From: Octopus vulgaris
Taxonomy: Eukaryota
Reading direction: 5' to 3'
Assembly: GCA_951406725.2 (NCBI GenBank)
Contig: OX597832.1
Span: 15,314,001 to 15,378,000, forward strand
DNA length: 64,000 nucleotides
The stretch's first letter is position 1; each line of letters starts with the position of its first letter. This document shows positions 13,497 to 25,630 of the stretch, one piece after another. The notes beneath the pieces were generated by a model. It did no database searches, was not told the DNA's origin, and worked only from the letters and a program-made list of their open reading frames with translations. The position numbers and the translations under genes are program-made.

Positions 13497-14140
13497 GGGC
13501 CCCACCTGCAGGGTCATGTGCTCTTTATGGGCCCCACCTGCATGATCATGTACTGTTTATGGGCCCCACCGGCAAGGTCATGTGCTGCTTAAAGGCATTA
13601 CCTGCAAGGTCATGTGCTGTTTATCTTGATAGGAGATCACCATGTCACGCACATGTGGTTCTGATTTGAAATGTTATCATGTGCATTGTTTTATCTTGGT
13701 ATAACACATGGCCTACAGCAAATATTCTGCTCAATACCACAAATTTGCTTGTCAGTTATTTGACCTTAACCAGTTGAGCATAACCCTTAGTGGCTGATGA
13801 TATGTGCATCTCTGATCATGAGCAGATGCAGTGGGGGAGCATGATGAGAGGAATTATTTGGGGTTTGGATAATTCACCACTGGAAACATGGGTTTTTCGT
13901 TCAACATTCTTAAACAACCGTTATTCAAGGACTTTTTGATCGGGATAGATTACTCGCCAAGAAGAAAATTCTAGCTGAGCCCTACCTGCAAGGTCATGTG
14001 GTGTTTATCTTGGTATGAGATCGCTTTGTCGCGCAAATATTTTTGTGATGCATATGCCTGATGTACCTTTATCAGACGGTTAGTCATGATGGGTTTACTG
14101 GGCTTCGTATCTTTTAACTTTGATGACATTCACTGCTCTT
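13497..14140 (+). mobile_element. TAA-associated interspersed repeat (probable non-LTR 3' UTR or SINE-like) with 32-bp tandem units
   Basis: Four units like GGGCCCCACCTGCAAGGTCATGTGCTGTTTAT (13497-13624) and a fifth at 13977; ends TTTGATGACATTCACTGCTCT before (TAA)n; the reverse complement of this end recurs at 63958-64000. Confidence 0.7.
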
Positions 14141-14141
14141 G

Positions 14142-14205
14142 CATAATAATAATAATTATAATAATAATAATAATGATAATAATAATAATAATAAAGACCT
14201 TGATG

Positions 14206-14274
<69 letters not shown>

Positions 14275-14290
14275 GTAATAATAATAATAT

Positions 14291-14321
<31 letters not shown>

Positions 14322-14403
14322 AAGAAGAAGAAGAAGAAGAAGAAGAAGAAGAAGAAGAAGAAGAAGAAGAAGAAGAAGAAGAAGAAGAAGAAGAAGAAGA
14401 AGA
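14142..14403. repeat. (TAA)n followed by a pure (AAG)~37 tract
   Basis: Direct reading; AAG tract 14292-14403. Confidence 0.95.
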
Positions 14404-14404
14404 T

Positions 14405-14605
14405 GAATATCATCAACAAGTTAAGCAGCTGTGGTCGATGAAAAAGGTAGCAATAGTAGCAAACATTGTCGGGGCCCTGGGAACAGTGAGTTACAATCTC
14501 AAAAAGTACGTGAACAAAATAGGGTCTGCAATACGGGTGGAGAACTTGCAGAAAACAGCACTGCTTTGAACCGCTTGAATACTCCACAAAGGGCTCGAAA
14601 ATTAA
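14405..14605 (+). mobile_element. Second R4/Dong ORF C-terminus fragment
   Basis: QVKQLWSMKKVAIVANIVGALGTVSYNLKKYVNKIG...LQKTALL*TA*IL. Confidence 0.8.
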
Positions 14606-14613
14606 GAGGTGTT

Positions 14614-14770
14614 AAGAGTACAGCAGGGATCACCACCATCCCCTGCCAGAGCCTCGTGGAGCTTTAGGTGTTTTCGCTCAATAAACACTCACAACGCCCG
14701 GTCTGGGAATCGAAACCGCGATCCTATGACCGCGAGTCCGCTGCCCTAACCACTGTGCCATTGCGCCTCC
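14614..14770 (-). mobile_element. tRNA-derived SINE family B, 5' part
   Basis: Reverse complement GGAGGCGCAATGGCACAGTGGTTAGGGCAGCGGACTCGCGGTC...GGTTTCGATTCC; matches 19763. Confidence 0.85.
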
Positions 14771-15204
14771 AATAATGATAATAATGATTTCTTTACTAAC
14801 CACATGGTTTACCGTTAAGAAAAACCTGATGAACACTACATGACAAAATAAAGAATGTGTTTTTGATTGCGTGTTGCTGTGTGGAATTTTCGTGTAAACA
14901 AATCTATCAAAATTAAAAGAAAGGAAGAAATTTTTGAAAATGTGTAATTCTTGATAGGGAGGAGACGTTTAAGGGCTGTTCATGGTAAAAACGCATAAAA
15001 AGCTATGGGTACTCTGAATTTTGAGGTTGGTAACATTTTCCCTTTCGTATTTGAAAATTACCGGCGTAGGCAAAGGGCAGGCCCGTTCGCTCGACCATTC
15101 TCCACCAAATTGCTGGATTAAGAATTGTTTGTAACCTTCTGAAATAGCACCTATACTGAGAAACGTCTTGTCTGTAAGTATGTAAGAATGTAAGAATTTC
15201 ATAT

Positions 15205-15500
15205 AGCATTTTCCAGGGTGAATCTCAAACCCTACATATCTTTTATCTCGCCTTAAGACCTCTTTCGAAATTTCTCGAGGATGTATAAACGTTTTGATAA
15301 AAATATAACTTATACCTCTTACATTGATGATTTAAAGCTTTTTGCACAATATGAACAACAACCATAGGTCTTACAAGCAATTGTTAAACAGTTCAGTGAT
15401 GACATCAGGGCTGAATTTAGCCACGATAAATGTGCAACAGCTACATTTATCATAAAGAAAATGAGTAAGAGTTCCAATATTTTAGATGGTGGTATCAATG
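15205..15500 (+). mobile_element. R4/Dong RT core fragment
   Basis: FQGES, YIDDLKLFAQYEQQ, IVKQFSDDIRAEFSHDKCA. Confidence 0.8.
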
Positions 15501-15544
15501 TCAAGCTAGGTTTTCGTATTAGGATTTTAAAACATTCTACGTGA

Positions 15545-16290
15545 AACGTTATTAGCTGAATTTGGTGTTGAATACGCTCTTTCCAAGTAGGCACTTTTTG
15601 AGAATATTGTTTTCTAATCTTTATACGACATAGAATCGCTGAGATTTTCGCCGATGAATACTACAGGTAGTTGAGGTCCGTATTATCTATATCATTAGCT
15701 GAAATTATGTCCCTCAATGCAAGGGGGATTTTAATAAATAATTATTTATAGATTTTGTTTGAAGTTGCATATTTTTGCAAGAGTATTAAGTTCATTCATA
15801 CTTGTTCCTTTCATTTTCATCCATTCAATCTTGATTTTATTTTTTTAGATCATCTATATCAGTTGGGTCAATTTCTGTGTGACTTTCTTCATCTATCTGA
15901 TTTTCATCTGCCTTAGGTTTCATGGCTGTTTCAGAGACTATTCCATTTTGAATCTTCCTATTATTACTGCATTTTCATCAGGCCTGTGTTAGTCTATAAA
16001 TATTTCCTCGGTAGTATTTTATTTAGCTGCAACTTCCTTCCCTTTATCCCTTATTGATTGTTTAATTTGATCACTCTTTAATTTAGTAAGTAATTTTCTT
16101 TTCATAAAGTTTCTTCTTGACGTTGGCAAATTTGTTACACTCTATGTAAGATCTTATTTCAAAGTGCCTGTAACTAATTTAGGTGGGTTTGTTCAATAAT
16201 AATTTTGTTTATGGAGAAATACTTTGCATGATAGAAGGCTAGAAACTTCTTTATTATCTTCCCTTAACCACTTTTAATTATGTTTTCTTT
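15545..16290 (-). mobile_element. R4/Dong ORF N-terminal fragment (decayed)
   Basis: KWLREDNKEV..FYHAK, RRNFMKRKLLTKLKSDQIK, VPTWKERIQHQIQ resemble R4-clade N-terminal motifs. Confidence 0.6.
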
Positions 16291-16846
16291 TCGTTATTTG
16301 ATGGCCATCTGTTGGAATATCCCGGTTCTCTGGTACTTCAGGCTCCTATGCTTCTATAAGATTTTAAACAGTAGCTGATTTTTCGTACCCAGTCTTCTTC
16401 CTCACTAACGTGCTGGGCCATTGTTGGCGCGTTTGAGGCCGATACGCTTTGTATATTGCATTGTTATGATAGGGGCATGACGTAATTGGACGTTGATACT
16501 AGGGGAAGGTTCGGTCTCTTTAGGGTTAACTTTTTGAGACAGCAGCACCTCCGAATTCCTTGAAAAAAAAAACCATTGATCATAACGTAGCTTCTTAAGT
16601 CTTACAAATGTGTTCGTCTGTACTTGTTTGTTGACAGATTTATCTCCCGAAATATCTTTTTGTTGAGATTTAAACATATGAATTGTTCACTCTGTGTTAC
16701 CTCGAAAACCGATTATTTTGTTATCTTTCTTTTGCTTGGTTTTCGACATGTGCTTTCATATGTATGTATATGTGTTCAGTAAATTTCACGTAGCTGTGTA
16801 AACATTGGGATGTATGTGTAGTCCTAGGTGCAAGATAATATCTATA

Positions 16847-16908
<62 letters not shown>

Positions 16909-17139
16909 TGTGTAGATATTTGAGTGTATTCATAATTAATCAATTTGTGTAATTACTGTCTTGTTCCACATATATTTCATTATTTGCAAAATTTCCGATG
17001 TTGATTTCACATGTGCCTTTAGCAGATGTTTCCCTAAGACATCGTGCATGGCGAAAATGTATGGCAGTAAAATTTCGTTGTTATGGATATTTTAGTTAAA
17101 ACGCCGCTTCCTTCAAGTATTCTACAGGTTCCTTTAAAC

Positions 17140-17369
17140 CTATTTCTTTACTATCCACAAGGGGCTAAACACAGAGGGGACAAACAAGGACAGCCAAACG
17201 GCTTAAGTCGATTATATCGACCCCAGTGCGTAACTGGTGCTTAATTTATCGACCCTGAAAGGATAAAAGGCATAGTCTACCTCGGCGGAATTTGAACCCA
17301 GAACGTAACGGTAGATGAAATACGGCTACGCATTTCGCCCGGCGTGCTAACGTTTCTGCCAGATCGCCG
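17140..17369 (-). mobile_element. SINE family C with Meta-domain-like core
   Basis: Reverse complement has GGGTTCAAATTCC B-box and GCCTTTTATCCTTTCAGGGTCGATAAATTAAGCACCAG; homologous to 33719. Confidence 0.85.
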
Positions 17370-17948
17370 TTCCTTTATACCATTCCACCAATGTTATTAG
17401 ATTAGAATTATTTATATTGTTATTCAGCACGGATTTGGTGGGCTTTCTTGTTTATTATTAATATTTTTAGTTTTCTGCATATTATTATTGATCTTCTTCA
17501 TACTCTTTTTGATATTAATATAACTCCTCTCCTATTCACACGGCTGGCAATTTTGATGCGGGTGTATCAGCTAATACGACTGCAGAACAAACTTTTACTA
17601 ATTCAGCTCAGATGAAATACAAAACAGACTGGCAGGAAAATTGAGCGGCGAAAAGAAGAGAAGAAATTGTGCTAATAATAAAAACAAAGTCGTTGACAAG
17701 TTTAATAAATATTATAGACCAATTTCTGAAACGGATGTCATCATTGATGCGAATAATTAAGATATCAATGCGAAGTCTCACGTCAGTATACCGGCGAAAC
17801 ATTAATGGACTGATGATATTATAATGACTGCCATTCAATTAAGTTCATTAATGATGCAGTTATTTTTCTTGCCGGAGTAGTCGACTGATGGCATTGCTGA
17901 TGTGAGACATTGAAAGAGGAGACATACATACATACACATACACAAGGA

Positions 17949-17995
<47 letters not shown>

Positions 17996-18039
17996 GTATT
18001 TATATGTGTGTATGAGTGTTTGTATGCATGCCTGTATGT

Positions 18040-18087
<48 letters not shown>

Positions 18088-18244
18088 GTGTTTATGTATA
18101 GATATATATGTATATATACATATACATATATATATATACATATATATATATGTATATATGTATATATATATGTATATATATGTATATATATATATATATA
18201 TGTGTGTGTATATATGTATGTATATGTATGTGTATATATATATA

Positions 18245-18359
<115 letters not shown>

Positions 18360-18909
18360 AACATTTACGTATATACGATATAATAACAAATGAATTCGGA
18401 AATCGTATAATACATATTGGAAACTTTCCATTGCTTTGTAGATAGCATCAATTTTTCTCCTGGTTTCAAATAAAGCAATATAGGAAATCGTTATATTTTA
18501 TGACGGAAAAAAAAAATGTACGATTATATAATTATATATTAAACATTTTGATCGTCATATATCACTATTCTATATTAACTGGAACAATATATTTTAGCAT
18601 TATGTCATATTACATTAGGATTCAGTACGTTATACAATCCACTGAATTTGTGATTGAAAGTGATAGCTAATATATTTTATACTTTCAGGTATAATAATTG
18701 ACTAAAACAATAGCTTCTGCCCTCCAGAAAGTATTTTAAAGCTTGCACAAATACATTCTCCCTCTCTATCTTTCTGTCAGTCTGTCTGTCTCTGTCACGC
18801 ACTCATATATACATAATCACCCGCGAAGACAGTCAAGCAAGTGCTTGTTTGGTTGATAAATAAAAATGGTTAGGGGATGTGTGTGTGTGTGTGTGTGTGT
18901 ATGTTATTA

Positions 18910-19700
18910 GTCGATGACGGTACAAGAATTTGACTCGTAACTGGACAGCTTACGAAGGCTCTCGACAGCTGACGTGATGTTACGTGAAAGGAGGATTACA
19001 GCGGAGAGAATATGAGCGATTATAGAAGTCGGAGGTCGCCCAGTTTCGATGTGCTTCCCTATGAATTATATTTATTCCTCCAGATTTGTTTGGCGATCTC
19101 TTGGTAGACGTCTACCGCAACTGGCAATAGAACAGGAGAATTCCTAGTACTGTTAGCAAATGTGTGATGACACTGCGGAGGGAAGGACGCTGACAATGTT
19201 TTACACCATCTGTAAAAAATTGTGGATGGTGAGCAAATATGTCCTCCGTTTTTTAAGGCTCGTTTTTATACAGCTCGTCTCCTTAACGGAGCTGGATTTC
19301 TGGGTAATGAAAAGCACAAGACACCTAGAATATTGTGAACTGCTCATAGTGTTATACGAGACGGGCAATAGGACCGGTGGAGGTCCTGCATTAGAAATTT
19401 GTAGATGATTAGAGTAAGGGAAGTGTTACTACTTTCTTGATGAAACGCCGGGCACCGAGGATGAACTTGCTAGTCTCTTCCGGAGAACTCTCCGGTCAGG
19501 AACTATCATGTGTAATTTCAGGATATGCTTGCCCTGGTACTGCTACTCGAGTGTGTACCAGCTGAAGATAGATTCTTTAGAAACAGAGGTGCCTATAGAA
19601 TTGTCCAAATTGCTCGCAGATTGACGAAATAGTTCTGCACACACTCGTTCAGTGTCCAGTGGAATGGCTCCATCAGTGGGATGTGTCTGTATTCGTGCTC
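18910..19700 (+). mobile_element. Decayed L1/Tx1-like RT fragment
   Basis: SPSFDVLPYELY / PDLFGDLLVDVYRNWQ*NRRIPSTVSKCVMTL at 19036-19180 (SPG.DG.P.E.Y pre-RT motif); locally raised GC. Confidence 0.65.
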
Positions 19701-19723
19701 GCTTCAACGCCCTCCTTCAAATA

Positions 19724-19759
<36 letters not shown>

Positions 19760-19762
19760 TGT

Positions 19763-20049
19763 GAGGCGCAATGGCACAGTGGTTAGGGCAGCGGACTCGC
19801 GGTCGTAGTATCGTGATTTCGATTTCCAGACCAGGCGTTGTGACTGTGTGTTGAGCGAAAACAACTAAAAGCTCCACGAGGCTCCGGCAGGGGTGGTGAT
19901 CCCTGCCGTACTCTTTCACCACTCTTTCTCCCACTCTTTCTTCTGTTGGCCTGCTCGCTTAGGCATCGGGGTGACGTTATTCGAAGGCTAAAACAATGCG
20001 AACGCATTGTGACCAGCGATGTGTAACAACGTCTGATGATCTAGTCGGT

Positions 20050-20058
<9 letters not shown>
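19763..20058 (+). mobile_element. tRNA-derived SINE family B, full length
   Basis: TGGCACAGTGG A-box, GATTTCGATTTCC B-box, tail ...GGTCACGTGA running into (TA)n. Confidence 0.85.
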
Positions 20059-20114
<56 letters not shown>

Positions 20115-20179
20115 CATACATGGATAAGCGTATATATATTTGCATAGTAGAGACATACCTCAATAGAGTTCGGGAGGTC

Positions 20180-20352
20180 TGCGCAAATTTTTTCCGGGAA
20201 ATCCCTGATAAATATCCTACATCAGGATATGTCTCCCAAAGCAATAACTCTCTACTCGAGTGGACCATGTTGTGCGATTCCTGATTTGAATGTCTCTGCC
20301 AGGTGCTTCTATTAAGTTAGGTATGGCCTGGGCAAATAGTGGCCAAAACCTA
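20180..20352 (+). mobile_element. 3' end of a CR1-group LINE (same family as 25631-27900)
   Basis: KFFREIPDKYPTSGYVSQSNNSLLEW, then CTATTAAGTTAGGTATGGCCTGGGC...GCCAAAACCT, matching the reverse complement of 25651-25830. Confidence 0.8.
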
Positions 20353-20679
20353 TTGACGTATCAAAGTATGTGCGTGAGAGAGCTTATACATTCATTGATT
20401 TGGCTTGCGTGCTTCTGATATTGTGTGAAATTCTTTTTGAAAGACACTGTTTCTGTACATAATTTTAAGCTATGCCCAACTAACACGAAGCATTTTCAAA
20501 TCCGTGTATCTTTAAATAGTAAAAGGTTAACATATACTTTATCTCAGAATACATAACATCGAATGAAATAATCATTCATTTCATTGCGCTGCAAAACATA
20601 CGTAAGCTTATAGAAAGTTTACTGACGTACAGCACTATTTGCACATATAGACTCAAAAACTTATGCATATATATATATG

Positions 20680-20743
<64 letters not shown>

Positions 20744-20745
20744 TT

Positions 20746-20797
<52 letters not shown>

Positions 20798-20892
20798 CAT
20801 ACACATACATACGTACATACATACATACATACATACATACATACATACATACATACATACATACATACATACATTTATACGTATATATTTTG

Positions 20893-21054
20893 GGGCTTCT
20901 TTCACCTTCCGTCTACCCGGTCAACTCACAAGGCTTTGGTCGGCCGGACGCTACAGTAAAAGTCACTTTGTTACTTCAACAAGTTGCCACGAATTGGAAA
21001 TGAACCCGGAACCATGTAGTTGGTAAACAAGCTGTTTACCACAGAGTTACTACT

Positions 21055-21057
<3 letters not shown>
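20893..21057 (-). mobile_element. SINE family A, 5' half
   Basis: CTCACAAGGCTTTGGTCGGCC...GAACCATGTAGTTGGTAAACAAGC matches 29040-29190. Confidence 0.8.
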
Positions 21058-21139
<82 letters not shown>

Positions 21140-21219
21140 AATACATACGTAAATAGATAGATGTTCATATATGTATATACAGATATAAAAATATATAAAT
21201 ATTTATGTAAGTATATATA

Positions 21220-21322
<103 letters not shown>

Positions 21323-22399
21323 GCATATATACGTATGTGTTTGCTGGTTGGTGTGGCAGTGTGTATGCATTTGTATTGTGTCTTATTATTTGTATTTTTA
21401 CATACTCACACATGCTATAACATCTGAAAACAAAACTTGAATCCCGTTACAGAATGATGAATGATTGTGGAATATTTATTATGTTTAAGGTGAAGGTTTC
21501 ATATTTCATTCAGGCTCTACAAATTAGCTACAGTGAGATTGACATATGCATCTACACAAGGAAGTTTCATATCAATCATGGAACTTCCCCTGTATTGACT
21601 CTCATTGTTTCTCTAGGCTATTAACTCTTGTTTAAATAACTGAATCTGATTATAAATCTCGATTTATTTCCGAAGAAATTTTCCAAATATACTTAGAAGA
21701 GAGACGTGCGTTTCAAAAATTCTGGGAAGTATTTCAGAGTAGATTGGATTAAATGCGTAAATATATTGTAGAACCTGCTGAAAATATTAAACTTTTAATG
21801 GCTAAGCTTTTAATGCCCATGCATGTCCCCCGTCACCGTTCTACCATTATATGCCATGTGAATAACTGTTAAATAACAACGAACCATTATAAATATAATT
21901 TTGCCAACTAGCAAATGTATATAGACTTTATGAATAACTACATTAAAAACATATTTCAACACATTATGATAGCGGTAATATCAACGGCATCAAAATCAAT
22001 AGAACTTTCACTACAGCAATAAGTACGATTTTCCAGGAAAATTTGCAAGTTATTTTCGAAACATCTGAAGCATATTCGAAACATCTGAGGTAATTAATAT
22101 AAACTATAAATTAAAATACAATAATGTAATGTGCGAAAAAAATTCGTTTGTTATTACTGCTTACGAAGGGCGATGTTATATGTAAATTATTATGATACAT
22201 TGGATAACATAATATTACGTAACCCGTTCTCACAAATTATTCCACTACGTTTCATGTAGCAGTTTTTGCCATGCATCCGTATTTACGCATCCCACCTCGA
22301 TTATAATTAATCGAATACACTCAAGTGAACATCCCAAGGCCTTCATTTGTCACGTTTATGGAGTTTAAGACTCGTTAGTAATATATATAAATTTTGGTA

Positions 22400-23050
22400 A
22401 GATGGGTGACGATTCCTAAGCAACAGATTTCTAGCACCCAGTTATAGTGTCAATTTATTTGGCGGCATCCCGGCGGGTTTACATGTTCAGATATTCTACA
22501 GAGTATTGGACAACCTTGACCGACTTTTGTTAATTAACCGAAAAGTCGTTTCTGATTTATGAACCTGTTACATTTTGAAGTTCATGATAGTGTTCACCAA
22601 ATAGTTCATTAGCTAGAACTAGTATAGCTCTTTTATATAACCAGTTTAAGTCAGTGTAATTGACAGATAAATTTGGGAAATACTGTATCGATAAGATCTC
22701 TGAGAGAAATTATATTTCGACGGTATGTAAACTGATGTAGGTGGAGTCTTGAGATGAATGTTAATATTACATTACCAATCTTAAGAAACTCGTATGAGCA
22801 CCGTCTAGAAGAACTCTCATGTTGCTTGTATAATGAAGATTTTTCACATGTCACCAAAGATACGAATTTTTAAGTATTCACAGGCTTCAACAGCTTTTGA
22901 TCCTTTGGAGATAACTGGCATTTGACGAAAGTCAGCAAGAAGAACTACTAGTCATCTTCTGAGTGTGCTATTGTTTTTCTGTCTTAGAAGATATGCTCAA
23001 GCACAATTGTGTGGCAGTGCCCTCATCCCAAACAATGAGGCAATTTTATT
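22400..23050 (-). mobile_element. Helitron Rep/Hel PIF1-helicase relic
   Basis: CLIVWDEGT, VVLLADFRQM-PVISKG, YTSNMRV, LKIGN, LIDTVFP, WLYKRAILV, PPGMPPNKLTL*LGARNLLLRN, in PIF1 motif order. Confidence 0.8.
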
Positions 23051-23425
23051 GGAGAACTGTTGCCATAGCAAATTTTGTTGCACTTTTGAGATTCTTTCGC
23101 TCGACGTCCAGGCTGCAAATAAACAAAACTAATTCAAAATCAGCGCGATTTGCCGTTTGCCGGAGGATTTTGCACGTATTACTGCGCCACCCACACTGTC
23201 TGGCTGGCGCCTGCCCATGCGCCTTTCAGTTACAGCACGGCGATAAAATAGATTTGCCATATCGCACTATATTTGTATATGTATGTCAACCTGTGGGTGT
23301 GATTTATTGTCTGTAGCCTAAAGTATAAATATTTTCACATATACGATAACATGCATATATTAAGACAGACACACACACTGACATACATTCACGCACATCT
23401 CAGTCTATCCCTGTCCCTCTCTGTG

Positions 23426-23471
<46 letters not shown>

Positions 23472-23478
<7 letters not shown>

Positions 23479-24176
23479 TGGCAGGGCTGGCCTGCTAGGT
23501 AGCCGGCCAGAATGCTAGAAGAAGATCATCAACGATCAAACTACAAGGGAAATTCTCTAGAGGAAGAATTCAGCGAACACCAGAACCAACTTTGGCGGGC
23601 AGGACATATGAAAAATTAAATAAATAACAGACTTAAATGCATACCTCGGTTTCGGTCTTAACAAAAGAATTACTTGCATAATTCAAGTGTCCGTGACTTC
23701 TTCAGTACATTCGGTCCTCGTGATGCAAACCGCAAGACTAACCCCAGCTCTCTGTGTCAAGACAGACACGTGCTTAGTCTTACTGATTACATCGGGAATA
23801 AAATTTCAAATGTCTTGGTTCTGGCGCGCTGAGAGACTCCTGAAGCGAAGGACTGCTGTGAATAATTCACTGCGGATAGTGCTTACAACTAGGGAACGTA
23901 TTTATTTAAATATTTAAAAATTGAGGGAGATAAATTAATATTAATTTTAATATCAATTTAAAACCAGTAGTCCAGCATTCAAAAAATCTGAGGAGTCAGT
24001 TTGATTGTTGATGATCTTCTTCTAGCATTCTGGCCGGCTACCTAGCAGGCCAGCCCTGCCAATATACACATATATTTGAATTTTCTCTGACTCCTCAGAT
24101 TTTTTGAATGCTGGACTACTGGTTTTAAATTGATATTAAAATTAATATTAATTTATCTCCCTCAATTTTTAAATAT
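23472..24176 (-). mobile_element. Non-coding PLE pseudo-LTR/retrozyme-like module in (TA)n with interleaved inverted repeats
   Basis: A 23472-23542 / A' 23998-24068 (71 bp, 1 mismatch); B 23910-23999 / B' 24087-24176 (90 bp, perfect); contains a hammerhead; TA tracts on both sides. Confidence 0.8.
23636..23711 (-). ncRNA. Type I hammerhead ribozyme motif
   Basis: Minus strand AATGTA-CTGAAGA-AGTC...GACC-GAAAC-CGAG-GTA^TGCATT; stem I 6 bp, first stem II pair mutated. Confidence 0.75.
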
Positions 24177-24932
24177 ATATATATATATATATATATATCT
24201 GTACATGCGTATATGTGAATGTGTGTGCGCGTCGTTACAAAAATGTATGTTTACTGACAGACTCATACAGTCTCACACATTCTTTTCAGTCATCGGCATA
24301 ACGTACGTAACGATCACGCAAAACGCGCACTTACACACTCAGATACACATACATACTATTTCATATATGTATATGTATGTGTAGATTTGTATGTGTGTAT
24401 ATTTGTGTGTATGTGTGTGTGTGTGGGTGTAAGTCATAATAAACATATATGTATAATGACAGACTTACGCCCTCACAAACACTCACATACATACACTTCT
24501 CCGTCAATGACCCAGCTTACGTGACGATCGTGCAAATATACACTCTCACGCCCAGACATATACAGGCTCATATAGAAAGTGTGTCGTTGTCTAGGTGATG
24601 TTGGTGGTAACTAAATGTGGTAAAAGTCAGTTGACTTTTAGAAGGATTATAATGTTAAATGTTTGGAAAACAAATATGGAGACGAAAATGTTGTTATATA
24701 TATATTTTTATTTTTTTGGTAACTAAAATAATACTTGAATGATTTCATACCCCATACGTAAAAACAAATGGCAACTCAGTATTGGAAAACACACGGAACA
24801 TACGCTGGTGCGTACACACAGTCACACACAAATACACATATTATAGTATTATGACATAAAACTCCAAGGCTTTGAAAATTGCAGAACATATATAAATGGC
24901 TGTAAAACCTATTTGGAGAATTGTCTCATTCT

Positions 24933-24997
<65 letters not shown>

Positions 24998-25521
24998 CAT
25001 ACACAACGCAATGCTCAAGCATTGCTCCATGCATATATGGCATACATGTATACAGGCATGCATGCATACATAGGTAGGTATGTATACAAATATACATACA
25101 TACACACCTACATACAAAATCTTTAAAATATTTGCCTGACATAAAATTTTACTGAAGGGGAAAAAAAAAAAGAATATATTCCGTTTCCGAATTAGATTAA
25201 ATTCATCCTAAGAACTGCGTTTTATCTGGCTGTAGGAAATAGCATTAATTATGTTGCTGTATCTTTGTTATTGGCACTTTCGTGAAAATTGAATTGTACA
25301 TGGATGTGAGATATAGACATTTGTATATGGAATTGATCACTTAATTGCATATATCAAATATTCTTCGCGTGTTTCTCACTCATAACAGTTTCAAGTCCAT
25401 AAGTTAAAATATCTATATCAACTAATAGAGTTAAAACTAACCTTCATGTATGTACAATATTGTTACGTACAAGTGAGAGAACTAAAGTTTACGTAACTGT
25501 AAGTTTTATACACACACACAT

Positions 25522-25621
<100 letters not shown>

Positions 25622-25630
25622 ATATATATA

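Noticed and set aside
13497-13624. 32-bp repeats of CRISPR-like length
   Set aside because: Head-to-tail with no spacers, eukaryotic context, no cas genes
17010-17070. GGCGAAAATGTATGGCA hammerhead-like half
   Set aside because: No CTGANGA core upstream; too decayed
17600-17760. Possible terminal exon DEIQNRLAGKLSGEKKRR...
   Set aside because: No recognisable homology and no partner exons
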